Source of the DNA: Heptranchias perlo
Taxonomy: Eukaryota
Assembly: GCF_035084215.1 (NCBI RefSeq)
Contig: NW_027139268.1
Coordinates: forward strand, 124,001-188,000
Direction of reading: 5' to 3'
Length of the DNA stretch: 64,000 bases
This document shows positions 22,900 to 36,600 of the stretch, piece after piece (positions within the stretch are counted from its first letter, which is position 1; the number at the start of each line of letters is the position of its first letter). The position numbers and the translations under genes are program-made. The notes under the pieces were generated by a model that did no database searches, had not been told where the DNA came from, and was given only the letters and a program-made list of their open reading frames with translations.

Positions 22900-23584
22900 T
22901 ATCCTGTGACGGTGCATCCTTCGAAGGTTATCAGTTCCCCTGAGGAGTCTTCATCCACTCCGAGCAGGGCCTCGTGCTCTTTGTGTGATGGGCCCGGGGA
23001 ATGAGGACAGGGATAAGATTTAGTGACCGTGCTTTGAAAATATTGACCTGCACCTGAATCACTTGAGCTGAGGTGTTGATGTTCTGAAGTCCACCATTGC
23101 TCGGTGCCTCACCCTGTGGAAACCTTCTGACTCACTCACTACTCCATCCTGAGTGGGTGTCTCTCTGGGCTGGTGATGGAGGACGTGAAACGCCATGACT
23201 GTTGCTTTGTGAGAGATGTGGGCCTGAGAGATTAGTACTCCCACCCTGTTCCGCTGGGCTGTCAGCCTCGTCATCTCTGATATTCAAGGTGCTGGAGATT
23301 CCCCTTATCCCCAGTAACTCCTCCTCCACCAGGGTCACTTCAACCATCTCCTGTGGCCCTCCACCGGTCCTCGTCCTCGCCCTGCCATCCTGGGCTCTCT
23401 TCTCCTGTAAGGGGAGTGGCGGGGGAATGCTCTCAGGAATGTGTGCATCCTACGGGTGCAGTGGGTATGGTGAAGGTGAGAATCAGGCAGAGGCATAAGG
23501 AGTGGGAATGGCGCCTGTGAGGAGAGTGGTCACGGTGACATTTCAGGATGTGTGATGAGAGTGGGTGGAGGTGACTGAGGCCAG

Positions 23585-24465
23585 ATGAGAGGAGGTGAGG
23601 ATCAGGGTTACTGGTGGTAGTGGAGGGAGGGAGCGGAGAGCAGGTGAGGAGAGTGAGGATGAGTGAGGATGAGAGGAGGTGAGGATCGGGGTTACTGGTG
23701 GTAGTGGAAGGAGGGAGCGGAGAGCAGGTGAAGAGAGTGAGGATGAGAGGAGGTGAGGGTCAGGGTTACTGGTGGTAGTGGAGGGAGTGGGTGGAGAGCA
23801 GGTGAAGAGAGTGAGGATGAGTGAGGATGAGTGAGGATGAGTGAGGATTGGGGTTACTGATGGTAGCGGAGGGAGAGAGCGGAGAGCAGGTGAAGAGAGT
23901 GAGGATGAGTGAGGATGAGTGAGGATTGGGGTTACTGATGGTAGCGGAGGGAGGGAGCGGAGAGCAGGTGAAGAGAGTGAGGATGAGTGAGGATGAGTGA
24001 GGATTGGGGTTACTGATGGTAGCGGAGGGAGGGAGCGGAGAGCAGGCGAAGAGAGTGAGGATGAGTGAGGATGAGAGAGGATGAGTGAGGATGAGTGAGG
24101 ATGAGTGAGGATTGGGGTTACTGATGGTAGCGGAGGGAGAGAGCGGAGAGCAGGTGAAGAGAGTGAGGATGAGTGAGGATGAGTGAGGATTGGGGTTACT
24201 GATGGTAGCGGAGGGAGGGAGCGGAGAGCAGGCGAAGAGAGTGAGGATGAGTGAGGATGAGTGAGGATTGGGGTTACTGATGGTAGCGGAGGGAGGGAGC
24301 GGAGAGCAGGCGAAGAGAGTGAGGATGAGTGAGGATGAGAGAGGATGAGTGAGGATGAGTGAGGATGAGTGAGGATTGGGGTTACTGATGGTAGCGGAGG
24401 GAGGGAGCGTGCAGAGAGCAGGCGAAGAGAGTGAGGATGAGGGAGGATGAGTGAGGATGAGTGAG
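23585..24465. repeat. Compound tandem repeat (about 70-100 bp units containing (GAGTGAGGAT)n)
   Basis: Recurrent GGGGTTACTGATGGTAGCGGAGGGAG separated by variable numbers of 10-bp subrepeats; lies in the Myb-gene intron. Confidence 0.92.
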
Positions 24466-24681
24466 GTGCATTGAACAGGACCACTTGTTGCTGATAGAAG
24501 TGATGTGGGGGAGAGCAGAGCTGTGAATGGAGTAGGATTGAAACGAGAGATTGGGAGGGGGGGCATTGCAGGATTTGGGTGAATATTAACCATCTGCTGA
24601 CTCGTCCTGACCTGGTCAGGTCATTGAAACGTTTATAGCCCTCTATCCATGACCTCATCATCACACTCCTGTGACTGCCTC

Positions 24682-27600
24682 ATTCTCCCGCCTCTACCCT
24701 CGCCTCCTTCTCCCACCTCCACCCTCGCCTCCTTCTCCCACCTCTACCCTCGCCTCCTTCTCCCACCTCCACCCTCGCCTCCTTCTCCCACCTCTACCCT
24801 CGCCTCCTTCTCCCACCTCTACCCTCGCCTCCTTCTCCCTCCTCCACCCTCGCCTCCTTCTCCCACCTCTACCCTCGCCTCCTTCTCCCGCCTCTACCCT
24901 CGCCTCCTTCTCCCACCTCTCCCCTCGCCTCCTTCTCCCACCTCTCCCCTCGCCTCCTTCTCCCACCTCTACCCTCGCCTCCTTCTCCCACCTCTCCCCT
25001 CGCCTCCTTCTCCCACCTCTACCCTCGCCTCCTTCTCCCACCTCTACCCTCGCCTCCTTCTCCCACCTCTACCCTCGCCTCCTTCTCCCACCTCTACCCT
25101 CCCCTCCTTCTCCCACCTCTACCCTCGCCTCCTTCTCCCACCTCCACCCTCGCCTCCTTCTCACACCTCTACCCTCGTCTCCTTCTCCCACCTCCACCCT
25201 CGCCTCCTTCTCCCACCTCCACCCTCGCCTCCTTCTCCCACCTCTACGCTCGCCTCCTTCTCCCACCTCTACCCTCGCCTCCCTCTCACACCTCTACCCT
25301 CGCCTCCTTCTCCCACCTCTACCCTCGCCTCCTTCTCCCACCTCCACCCTCGCCTCCTTCTCCCACCTCCACCCTCGCCTCCTTCTCCCACCTCAACGCT
25401 CGCCTCCTTCTCCCACCTCTACCCTCGCCTCCTTCTCCCACCTCTACCCTCGCCTCCTTCTCCCTCGTCTACCCTCGCCTCCTTCTCCCACCTCTACCCT
25501 CGCCTCCTTCTCCCACCTCTACCCTCGACTCCTTCTCCCACCTCTACCCTCGACTCCTTCTCCCACCTCTACGCTCGCCTCCTTCTCACACCTCTACCCT
25601 CGCCTCCTTCTCCCACCTCTACCCTCGCCTCCTTCTCCCTCGTCTACCCTCGCCTCCTTCTCCCACCTCTACCCTCGCCTCCTTCTCCCACCTCTACCCT
25701 CGCCTCCTTCTCCCACCTCTCCCCTCGCCTCCTTCTCCCACCTCTCCCCTCGCCTCCTTCTCCCAACTCTACCCTCGCCTCCTTCTCCCACCTCTACCCT
25801 CGCCTCCTTCTCCCACCTCGACGCTCGCCTCCTTCTCCCACCTCTACCCTCGCCTCCTTCTCCCACCTCTCCCCTCGCCTCCTTCTCCCACCTCTACCCT
25901 CGCCTCCTTCTCCCACCTCTACCCTCGCCTCCTTCTCCCACCTCTACCCTCGCCTCCTTCTCCCACCTCTACCATCGCCTCCTTCTCCCACCTCTCCGCT
26001 CGCCTCCTTCTCCCACCTCTGCCCTCGCCTCCTTCTCCCACCTCTACACTCGCCTCCTGCTCCCACCTCTACCCTCGCCTCCTTCTCCCGCCTCCACCCT
26101 CGCCTCCTTCTCCCGCCTCTACCCTCGCCTCGTTCTCCCACCTCCACCCTCACCTCCTTCTCCCACCTCTACCCTCGCCTCCTTCTCCCACCTCCACCCT
26201 CGCCTCTTCTCCCACCACCACCCTCGCCTCCTTCTCCCACCTCCACCCTCGCCTCCTTCTCCCAACTCGACCCTCGCCTCCTTCTCCCACCTCTACCCTC
26301 GCCTCCTTCTCCCACCTCTACCCTCGCCTCCTTCTCCCGCCTCCACCCTCGCCTCCTTCTCCGGCCTCTACCCTCGCCTCCTTCTCCCACCTCCACCCTC
26401 GCCTCCTTCTCCCACCTCCACCCTCGCCTCCTTCTCCCGCCTCCACCCTCGCCTCCTTCTGCCGCCTCGACCCCCNNNNNNNNNNNNNNNNNNNNNNNNN
26501 NNNNNNNNNNNNNNNNNNNNNNNNNNNNNNNNNNNNNNNNNNNNNNNNNNNNNNNNNNNNNNNNNNNNNNNNNNNNNNNNNNNNNNNNNNNNNNNNNNNN
26601 NNNNNNNNNNTTCTGCCGCCTCGACCCTCGCCTCGTTCTCCAACCTCCCCCCTCGCCTCCTTCTCCCACCTCTACCCTCGCCTCCTTCTCCCGCCTTTAC
26701 CCTCGCCTCCTTCTCCCGACTCCACCCTCGCCTCATTCTCCCGCCTCCACCCTCGCCTCCTTCTCCCGCCTCTACCCTCGCCTCGTTCTCCCACCTCCAC
26801 CCTCACCTCCTTCTCCCACCTCTACCCTCGCCTCCTTCTCCCACCTCCACCCTCGCCTCTTCTCCCACCTCCACCCTCGCCTCCTTCTCCCACCTCCACC
26901 CTCGCCTCCTTCTCCCACCTCTACCCTCGCCTCCTTCTCCCGCCTCCACCCTCGCCTCCTTCTCCCGCCTCCACCCTCGCCTCCTTCTCCCACCTCTACC
27001 CTCGCCTCCTTCTCCCACCTCCACCCTCGCCTCCTTCTCCCACCTCCACCCTCGCCTCCTTCTCCCGCCTCCACCCTCGCCTCCTTCTGCCGCCTCTACC
27101 CTCGCCTCGTTCTCCCACCTCCCCCCTCGCCTCCTTCTCCCACCTCTCCCCTCGCCTCCTTCTCCCACCTCTACGCTAGCCTCCTTCTCCCACCTCTACC
27201 CTCGCCTCCTTCTCCCACCTCCACCCTCGCCTCCTTCTCCCACCTCCACCCTCGCATCCTTCTCCCGCCTCCACCCTCGCCTCCTTCTGCCGCCTCTACC
27301 CTCGCCTCGTTCTCCCACCTCCCCCCTCGCCTCCTTCTCCCACCTCTCCCCTCGCCTCCTTCTCCCACCTCCACCCTCGCCTCCTTCTCCCACCTCCACC
27401 CTCGCCTCCTTCTCCCGCCTCCACCCTCGCCTCCTTCTCCCACCTCTCCCCTCGCCTCCTTCTCCCACCTCTACCCTCGCCTCCTTCTCCCACCTCTACC
27501 CTCTCCTCCTTCTCCCACCTCTCCCCTCGCCTCCTTCTCCCACCTCTACGCTCGCCTCCTTCTCAATCCTCTACCGTCGCCTCCTTCTCCGACCTCTACC

Positions 27601-30600
27601 CTCGCCTCCTTCTCCCACCTCTCCCCTCGCCTCCTTCTCCCTCCTCTCCCCTCGCCTCCTTCTCCCTCCTCCACCCTCGCCTCCTTCTCCCAACTCTACC
27701 CTCGCCTCCTTCTCCCACCTCTCCCCTCGCCTCCTTCTCCCTCCTCCACCCTCGCCTCCTTCTCCCAACTCTACCCTCGCCTCCTTCTCCCACCTCTCCG
27801 CTCGCCTCCTTCTCCCACCTCTACCCTCGCCTCCCTCTCCCACCTCTACCCTCGCCTCCTTCTCCCACCTCTACCCTCGCCTCCCTCTCCCACCTCTACC
27901 CTCGCCTCCTTCTCCCGCCTCTACCCTCGCCTCCTTCTCCCACCTCTCCGCTCGCCTCCTTCTCCCACCTCTACCCTCGCCTCCTTCTCCCACCTCTACC
28001 CTCGCCTCCTTCTCCCACCTCTCCGCTCGCCTCCTTCTCCCACCTCTACCCTCGCCTCCTTCTCCCACCTCTACCCTCGCCTCCTTCTCCCACCTCTACC
28101 CTCGCCTCCTTCTCCCTCCTCCACCCTCGCCTCCTTCTCCCAACTCTACCCTCGCCTCCTTCTCCCACCTCTACCCTCGCCTCCTTCTCCCACCTCTACC
28201 CTCGCCTCCTTCTCCCACCTCTACCCTCGCCTCCTTCTCCCACCTCTACCCTCACCTCCTTCTCCCTCCTCCACCCTCGCCTCCTTCTCCCACCTCTACG
28301 CTCGCCTCCTTCTCCCACCTCTACCCTCGCCTCCTTCTCCCACCTCTACCCTCGCCTCCTTCTCCAACCTCCACCCTCGCCTCCTTCTCCCACCTCTACC
28401 CTCGCCTCCTTCTCCCACCTCCACCCTCGCCTCCTTCTCCCACGTCTCCGCTCGCCTCCTTCTCCCGCCTCTACCCTCGCCTCCTTCTCCGACCTCCACC
28501 CTCGCCTCCTTCTCCCACCTCTCCCCTCGCCTCCTTCTCCCACCTCCACCCTCGCCTCCTTCTCCCACCTCCACCCTCGCCTCCTTCTCCCAACTCCACC
28601 CTCGCCTCAATCTCCCAGCTCCACCCTCGCCTCCTTCTCCCTCCTCTCCCCTCGCCTCCTTCTCCCACCTCCACCCTCGCCTCCTTCTCCCACCTCTCCC
28701 CTCGCCTCCTTCTCCCACCTCCACCCTCGCCTCCTTCTCCCACCTCTACGCTCGCCTACTTCTCCCACCTCTACCCTCGCCTCCTTCTCCCACCTTTACC
28801 CTCGCCTCCTTCTCCCACCTCCACCCTCGCCTCCTTCTCCCACCTCCACCCTCGCCTCCTTCTCCCACCTCGACCCTCGCCTCCTTCTCCCACCTCCACC
28901 CTCGCCTCCTTCTCCCACCTCCACCCTCGCCTCCTTCTCCCACCTCTACCCTCGCCTCCTTCTCCCACCTCTACCCTCGCCTCCTTCTCCCACCTCAACC
29001 CTCGCCTCCCTCTCCAACCTCTACCCTCGCCTCCTTCTCCCACCTCTACCCTCGCCTCCTTCTCCCACCTCTACCCTCCCCTCCTTCTCCCACCTCTACC
29101 CTCACCTCCTTCTCCCACCTCTACCCTCGCTTCCTTCTCCCACCTCTACCCTCGCCTCCCTCTGCCACCTCTTTCCTCACCTCCTTCTCCCACCTCTACC
29201 CTCGCCTCCTTCTCCCACCTCTACCCTCGCCTCCTTCTCCCACCTCGATCCTCGCCTCCTTCTCCCACCTCTACCCTCGCCTCCTTCTCCCACCTCCACC
29301 CTCGCCTCCTTCTCCGAACTCTACCCTCGCCTCCTTCTCCCACCTCCACCCTCGCCTCCTTCTCCCACCTCCACCCTCGCCTCCTTCTCCCACCTCTACC
29401 CTCGCCTCCTTCTCCCACCTCCACCCTCGCCTCCTTCTCCGACCTCTACCCTCGCCGCCTTCTCCCACCTCTACCCTCGCCTCCTTCTCCAACCTCTACC
29501 CTCGCCTCCTTCTCCCACCTCTACCCTCGCCTCCTTCTCCCACCTCCACCCTCGCCTCCTTCTCCGACCTCCACCCTCGCCTCCTTCTCCCACCTCTCCC
29601 CTCGCCTCCTTCTCCCACCTCCACCCTCGCCTCCTTCTCCCACCTCCACCCTCGCCTCCTTCTCCCAACTCCACCCTCGCCTCAATCTCCCAGCTCCACC
29701 CTCGCCTCCTTCTCCCTCCTCTCCCCTCGCCTCCTTCTCCCACCTCCACCCTCGCCTCCTTCTCCCACCTCCACCCTCGCCTCCTTCTCCCTCCTCTCCC
29801 CTCGCCTCCTTCTCCCACCTCCACCCTCGCCTCCTTCTCCCACCTCTACGCTCGCCTCCTTCTCCCACCTCTACCCTCGCCTCCTTCTCCCACCTCCACC
29901 CTCGCCTCCTTCTCCCACCTCCACCCTCGCCTCCTTCTCCCACCTCTACCCTCGCCTCCTTCTCCCACCTCTACCCTCGCCTCCTTCTCCCAACTCTACC
30001 CTCGCCTCCTTCTCCCACCTCTACCCTCGCCTCCTTCTCCCACCTCTACCCTCGCCTCCTTCTCCCACCTCCACCCTCGCCTCCTTCTCCCACCTCTACC
30101 CTCGCCTCCCTCTCCCACCTCTACCCTCGCCTCCCTCTGCCACCTCTTTCCTCACCTCCTTCTCCCACCTCTACCCTCCCCTCCTTCTCCCACCTCTACC
30201 CTCGCCTCCCTCTGCCACCTCTTTCCTCACCTCCTTCTCCCACCTCCACCCTCGCCTCCTTCTCCCACCTCCACCCTCGCCTCCTTCTCCCACCTCTACC
30301 CTCGCCTCCTTCTCCCACCTCTACCCTCGCCTCCTTCTCCCTCCTCCACCCTCGCCTCCTTCTCCGAACTCTACCCTCGCCTCCTTCTCCCACCTCTACG
30401 CTCGCCTCCTTCTCCCACCTCCACCCTCGCCTCCTTCTCCGAACTCTACCCTCGCCTCCTTCTCCCACCTCTACCCTCGCCTCCTTCTCCCACCTCCACC
30501 CTCGCCTCCTTCTCCCACCTCTACCCTCGCCTCCTTCTCCCACCTCCACCCTCGCCTCCTTCTCCCTCCTCTCCCCTCGCCTCCTTCTCCGACCTCCACC

Positions 30601-33600
30601 CTCGCCTCCTTCTCCCACCTCTCCCCTCGCCTCCTTCTCCCACCTCCACCCTCGCCTCCTTCTCCCACCTCCACCCTCGCCTCCTTCTCCCAACTCCACC
30701 CTCGCCTCAATCTCCCAGCTCCACCCTCGCCTCCTTCTCCCTCCTCTCCCCTCGCCTCCTTCTCCCACCTCCACCCTCGCCTCCTTCTCCCACCTCCACC
30801 CTCGCCTCCTTCTCCCACCTCTACGCTCGCCTCCTTCTCCCACCTCCACCCTCGCCTCCTTCTCCGAACTCTACCCTCGCCTCCTTCTCCCACCTCTACC
30901 CTCGCCTCCTTCTCCCACCTCTACGCTCGCCTCCTTCTCCCACCTCCACCCTCGCCTCCTTCTCCCACCTCTACCCTCGCCTCCTTCTCCCACCTCTACC
31001 CTCGCCTCCTTCTCCCACCTCTACACTCGCCTCCTTCTCCCACCTCCACCCTCGCCTCCTTCTCCCACCTCCACCCTCGCCTCCTTCTCCCACCTCTACC
31101 CTCGCCTCCTTCTCCCACCTCTACCCTCGCCTCCTTCTCCCAACTCTACCCTCGCCTCCTTCTCCCACCTCCACCCTCGCCTCCTTCTCCCACCTCCACC
31201 CTCGCCTCCTTCTCCCACCTCCACCCTCGCCTCCCTCTCCCACCTCTCCCCCCTCCTCCTTCTCCCACCTCCACCCTCGCCTCCTTCTCCCACCTCTACC
31301 CTCGCCTCCTTCTCCGACCTCCACCCTCGCCTCCTCCTCCCACCTCTCCCCTCGCCTCCTTCTCCCACCTCCACCCTCGCCTCCTTCTCCCACCTCCACC
31401 CTCGCCTCCTTCTCCCACCTCCACCCTCGCCTCCATCTCCCAGCTCCACCCTCGCCTCCTTCTCCCTCCTCTCCCCTCGCCTACTTCTCCCGCCTCCGCC
31501 CTCGCCTCCTTTTCCCAACTCTACCCTCGCCTCCTTCTCCCACCTCTACCCTCGCCTCCTTCTCCCACCTCTACGCTCGCCTCCTTCTCCAAACTCTACC
31601 CTCGCCTCCTTCTCCCACCTCTCCCCTCGCCTCCCTCTCCCACCTCTACCCTCGACTCCTTCTCCCACCTCTACCCTCGCCTCCTTCTCCCACCTCTACC
31701 CTCGCCTCCTTCTCCCACCTCTCCCCTCGCCTCCTTCTCCCACCTCTACCCTCGCCTCCTTCTCCCACCTCTACGCTCGCCTCCTTCTCCAAACTCTACC
31801 CTCGCCTCCTTCTCCCACCTCTACCCTCGCCTCCTTCTCCCACCTCTACCCTCGCCTCCCTCTCCCACCTCTACCCTCGACTCCTTCTCCCACCTCCACC
31901 CTCGACTCCTTCTCCCACCTCTACCCTCGCCTCCTTCTCCGACCTCCACCCTCGCCTCCTTCTCCCACCTCTCCCCTCGCCTCCTTCTCCCACCTCCACC
32001 CTCGCCTCCTTCTCCGACCTCCACCCTCGCCTCCTTCTCCCACCTCTCCCCTCGCCTCCTTCTCCCACCTCCACCCTCGCCTCCTTCTCCCACCTCCACC
32101 CTCGCCTCCTTCTCCCACCTCTACCCTCGCCTCCTTCTCCCACCTCTACCCTCGCCTCCTTCTCCCACCTCAACCCTCGCCTCCTTCTCCCACCTCTACC
32201 CTCGCCTCCTTCTCCCACCTCTACCCTCGCCTCCTTCTCCCACCTCCACCCTCGCCTCCTTCTCCCACCTCCACCCTCGCCTCCTTCTCCCACCTCGACC
32301 CTCGCCTCCTTCTCCCACCTCCACCCTCGCCTCCTTCTCCCACCTCCACCCTCGCCTCCTTCTCCCACCTCTACCCTCGCCTCCTTCTCCCACCTCTACC
32401 CTCGCCTCCTTCTCCCACCTCAACCCTCGCCTCCCTCTCCAACCTCTACCCTCACCTCCTTCTCCCACCTCTACCCTCGCCTCCTTCTCCCACCTCTACC
32501 CTCGCCTCCTTCTCCCACCTCAACCCTCGCCTCCCTCTCCAACCTCTACCCTCACCTCCTTCTCCCACCTCTACCCTCGCCTCCCTCTGCCACCTCTTTC
32601 CTCACCTCCTTCTCCCACCTCTACCCTCCCCTCCTTCTCCCACCTCTACCCTCGCCTCCCTCTGCCACCTCTTTCCTCACCTCCTTCTCCCACCTCCACC
32701 CTCGCCTCCTTCTCCCACCTCTACCCTCGCCTCCTTCTCCCACCTCTACCCTGACCTCCTTCTCCCATCTCTACCCTCGCCTCCTTCTCCCTCCTCCACC
32801 CTCGCCTCCTTCTCCGAACTCTACCCTCGCCTCCTTCTCCCACCTCTACGCTCGCCTCCTTCTCCCACCTCCACCCTCGCCTCCTTCACCGAACTCTACC
32901 CTCGCCTCCTTCTCCCACCTCTACCCTCGCCTCCTTCTCACACCTCTACACTCGCCTCCTTCTCCCACCTCCACCCTCGCCTCCTTCTCCCAACTCTACC
33001 CTCGCCTCCTTCTCCCACCTCCACCCTCGCCTCCTTCTCCCACCTCCACCCTCGCCTCCTTCTCCCACCTCCACCCTCGCCTCCCTCTCCCACCTCTCCC
33101 CCCTCCTCCTTCTCCCACCTCCACCCTCGCCTCCTTCTCCCACCTCCACCCTCGCCTCCTTCTCCCACCTCTACCCTCGCCTCCTTCTCCCACCTCTACC
33201 CTCGCCTCCTTCTCCCACCTCTACCCTCGCCTCCTTCTCCCACCTCTACACTCGCCTCCTTCTCCCACCTCCACCCTCGCCTCCTTCTCCCACCTCCACC
33301 CTCGCCTCCTTCTCCCACCTCTACCCTCGCCTCCTTCTCCCACCTCTACCCTCGCCTCCTTCTCCCACCTCTACCCTCGCCTCCTTCTCCCACCTCTACG
33401 CTCGCCTCCTTCTCACACCTCTACACTCGCCTCCTTCTCCCACCTCCACCCTCGCCTCCTTCTCCCAACTCTACCCTCGCCTCCTTCTCCCACCTCCACC
33501 CTCGCCTCCTTCTCCCACCTCCACCCTCGCCTCCTTCTCCCACCTCCACCCTCGCCTCCTTCTCCCACCTCTACCCTCGCCTCCTTCTCCCACCTCTACC

Positions 33601-36600
33601 CTCGCCTCCTTCTCCCACCTCTACCCTCGCCTCCTTCTCCCACCTCTACGCTCGCCTCCTTCTCACACCTCTACACTCGCCTCCTTCTCCCACCTCCACC
33701 CTCGCCTCCTTCTCCCAACTCTACCCTCGCCTCCTTCTCCCACCTCCACCCTCGCCTCCTTCTCCCACCTCTACCCTCGCCTCCTTCTCCCACCTCTACG
33801 CTCGCCTCCTTCTCACACCTCTACACTCGCCTCCTTCTCCCACCTCCCACCTCGCCTCCTTCTCCCACCTCAACCCTCGCCTCCATCTCCGACCTCAACC
33901 CTCGCCTCCTTCTCCCACCTCCACACTCGCCTCCTTCTCCAACCTCTACGCTCGCCTCCTTCTCACACCTCTACACTCGCCTCCTTCTCCCACCTCCCAC
34001 CTCGCCTCCTTCTCCCACCTCAACCCTCGCCTCCATCTCCGACCTCAACCCTCGCCTCCTTCTCACACCTCTACACTCGCCTCCTTCTCCCACCTCCACC
34101 CTCGCCTCCTTCTCCCACCTCCACCCTCGACTCCTTCTCCCACCTCTACCCTCGCCTCCTTCTCCGACCTCCACCCTCGCCTCCTCCTCCCACCTCTCCC
34201 CTCGCCTCCTTCTCCCACCTCCACCCTCGCCTCCTTCTCCCACCTCCACCCTCGCCTCCTTCTCCCACCTCCACCCTCGCCTCCATCTCCCAGCTCCACC
34301 CTCGCCTCCTTCTCCCTCCTCTCCCCTCGCCTACTTCTCCCGCCTCCGCCCTCGCCTCCTTTTCCCAACTCTACCCTCGCCTCCTTCTCCCACCTCTACC
34401 CTCGCCTCCTTCTCCCAACTCTACCCTCGCCTCCTTCTCCCACCTCTACCCTCGCCTCCTTCTCCCACCTCTACCCTCGACTCCTTCTCCCACCTCCACC
34501 CTCGACTCCTTCTCCCACCTCTACCCTCGCCTCCTTCTCCGACCTCCACCCTCGCCTCCTTCTCCCACCTCTCCCCTCGCCTCCTTCTCCCACCTCCACC
34601 CTCGCCTCCTTCTCCCACCTCCACCCTCGCCTCCTTCTCCCACCTCCACCCTCGCCTCCTTCTCCCACCTCCACCCTCGCCTCCTTCTCCCACCTCTACC
34701 CTCGCCTACTTCTCCCACCTCTACCCTCGCCTCCTTCTCCGACCTCCACCCTCGCCTCCTTCTCCCACCTCTCCCCTCGCCTCCTTCTCCCACCTCCACC
34801 CTCGCCTCCTTCTCCCACCTCCACACTCGCCTCCTTCTCCCACCTCCACCCTCGCCTCCATCTCCCAGCTCCACCCTCGCCTCCTTCTCCCTCCTCTCCC
34901 CTCGCCTACTTCTCCCGCCTCCGCCCTCGCCTCCTTTTCCCAACTCTACCCTCGCCTACTTCTCCCACCTCTACCCTCGCCTCCTTCTCCGACCTCCACC
35001 CTCGCCTCCTTCTCCCACCTCTCCCCTCGCCTCCTTCTCCCACCTCCACCCTCGCCTCCTTCTCCCACCTCCACACTCGCCTCCTTCTCCCACCTCCACC
35101 CTCGCCTCCATCTCCCAGCTCCACCCTCGCCTCCTTCTCCCTCCTCTCCCCTCGCCTACTTCTCCCGCCTCCGCCCTCGCCTCCTTTTCCCAACTCTACG
35201 CTCGACTCCTTCTCCCACCTCCACCCTCGCCTCCTTCTCCCACCTCCACCCTCGCCTCCTTCTCTCACCTCTACCCTCGCCTCCTTCTCCCACCTCTACG
35301 CTCGCCTCCTTCTCCCACCTACACCCTCGCCTCCTTCTCCCACCTCTACCCTCGCCTCCTTCTCCCACCTCTACCCTCGCCTCCTGCTCCAACCTCTACC
35401 CTCGCCTCCTTCTCCCACCTACACCCTCGCCTCCTTCTCCCACCTCTACCCTCGCCTCCTTCTCCCACCTCTACCCTCGCCTCCTGCTCCAACCTCTACC
35501 CTCGCCTCCTTCTCCCACCTCTACCCTCGCCTCCTTCTCCCACCTCTACCCTCGCCTCCTTCTCCCACCTCTACCCTCGCCTCCCTCTCCCAACTCTACC
35601 CTCGCCTCCTTCTCCCACCTCTACCCTCGCCTCCTTCTCCCACCTCTACCCTCGCCTCCTTCTCCCACCTCAACGCTCGCCTCCTTCTCCCACCTCGACC
35701 CTCGCCTCCTTCTCCCACCTCTACCCTCGCCTCCTTCTCCCACCTCTACCCTCGCCTCCTTCTCCCACCTCTACCCTCGCCTCCTTCTCCCACCTCTACC
35801 CTCGCCTCCTTCTCCCGCCTCTACCCTCGCCTCCTTCTCCCACCTCTACCCTCGCCTCCTTCTCCCGCCTCTACCCTCGCCTCTTCTCCCAACTCTACCC
35901 TCGCGTCCTTCTCCCACCTCTACACTCGCCTCCCTCTCCCACCTCTACCCTCGCCTCCTTCTCCCACCTCTACCCTCGCCTCCTTCTCCCGCCTCTACCC
36001 TCGCCTCCTTCTCCCACCTCTACCCTCGCCTCCTTCTCCCGCCTCTACCCTCGCCTCTTCTCCCAACTCTACCCTCGCGTCCTTCTCCCACCTCTACCCT
36101 CGCCTCCTTCTCCCGCCTCTACCCTCGCCTCTTCTCCCAACTCTACCCTCGCGTCCTTCTCCCACCTCTACCCTCGCCTCCTTCTCCCACCTCTACCCTC
36201 GCGTCCTTCTCCCACCTCTACACTCGCCTCCCTCTCCCACCTCTACCCTCGCCTCCTTCTCACACCTCTACCCTCGCCTCCTTCTCCCACCTCTACCCTC
36301 GCCTCTTCTCCCAACTCTACCCTCGCCTCCTTCTCCCACCTCTACCCTCGCCTCCTTCTCCCACCTCTACCCTCGCCTCCTTCTCCCAACTCTACCCTCG
36401 CCTCCTTCTCCCACCTCTCCGCTCGCCTCCTTCTCCCACCTCTACCCTCGCCTCCTTCTACCTCCTCCACCCTCGACCCCCTCTCCCAACTCTACCCTCG
36501 CCTCCTTCTCCCACCTCTACCCTCGCCTCCTTCTCCCACCTCTCCCCTCGCCTCCTTCTCCCACCTCTACCCTCGCCTCCTTCTCCCACCTCTCCCCTCG

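Larger units (their letters stand above)
21581..24664 (-). pseudogene. Harbinger Myb/SANT-like gene remnant (multi-exon)
   Basis: RSWIEGYKRFNDLTRSG at about 24660-24600; acceptor ccttacag|GAGAAGAGAGCC (EKRA) at about 23404; downstream exons are degenerate. Confidence 0.7.
18231..24680. mobile_element. Decayed Harbinger transposon #2 upstream of the MHC gene
   Basis: Terminus GGGCCTTGATTTTAACCC; transposase on +, Myb/SANT gene on -. The right part is interrupted by the 25-bp satellite. Confidence 0.75.
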
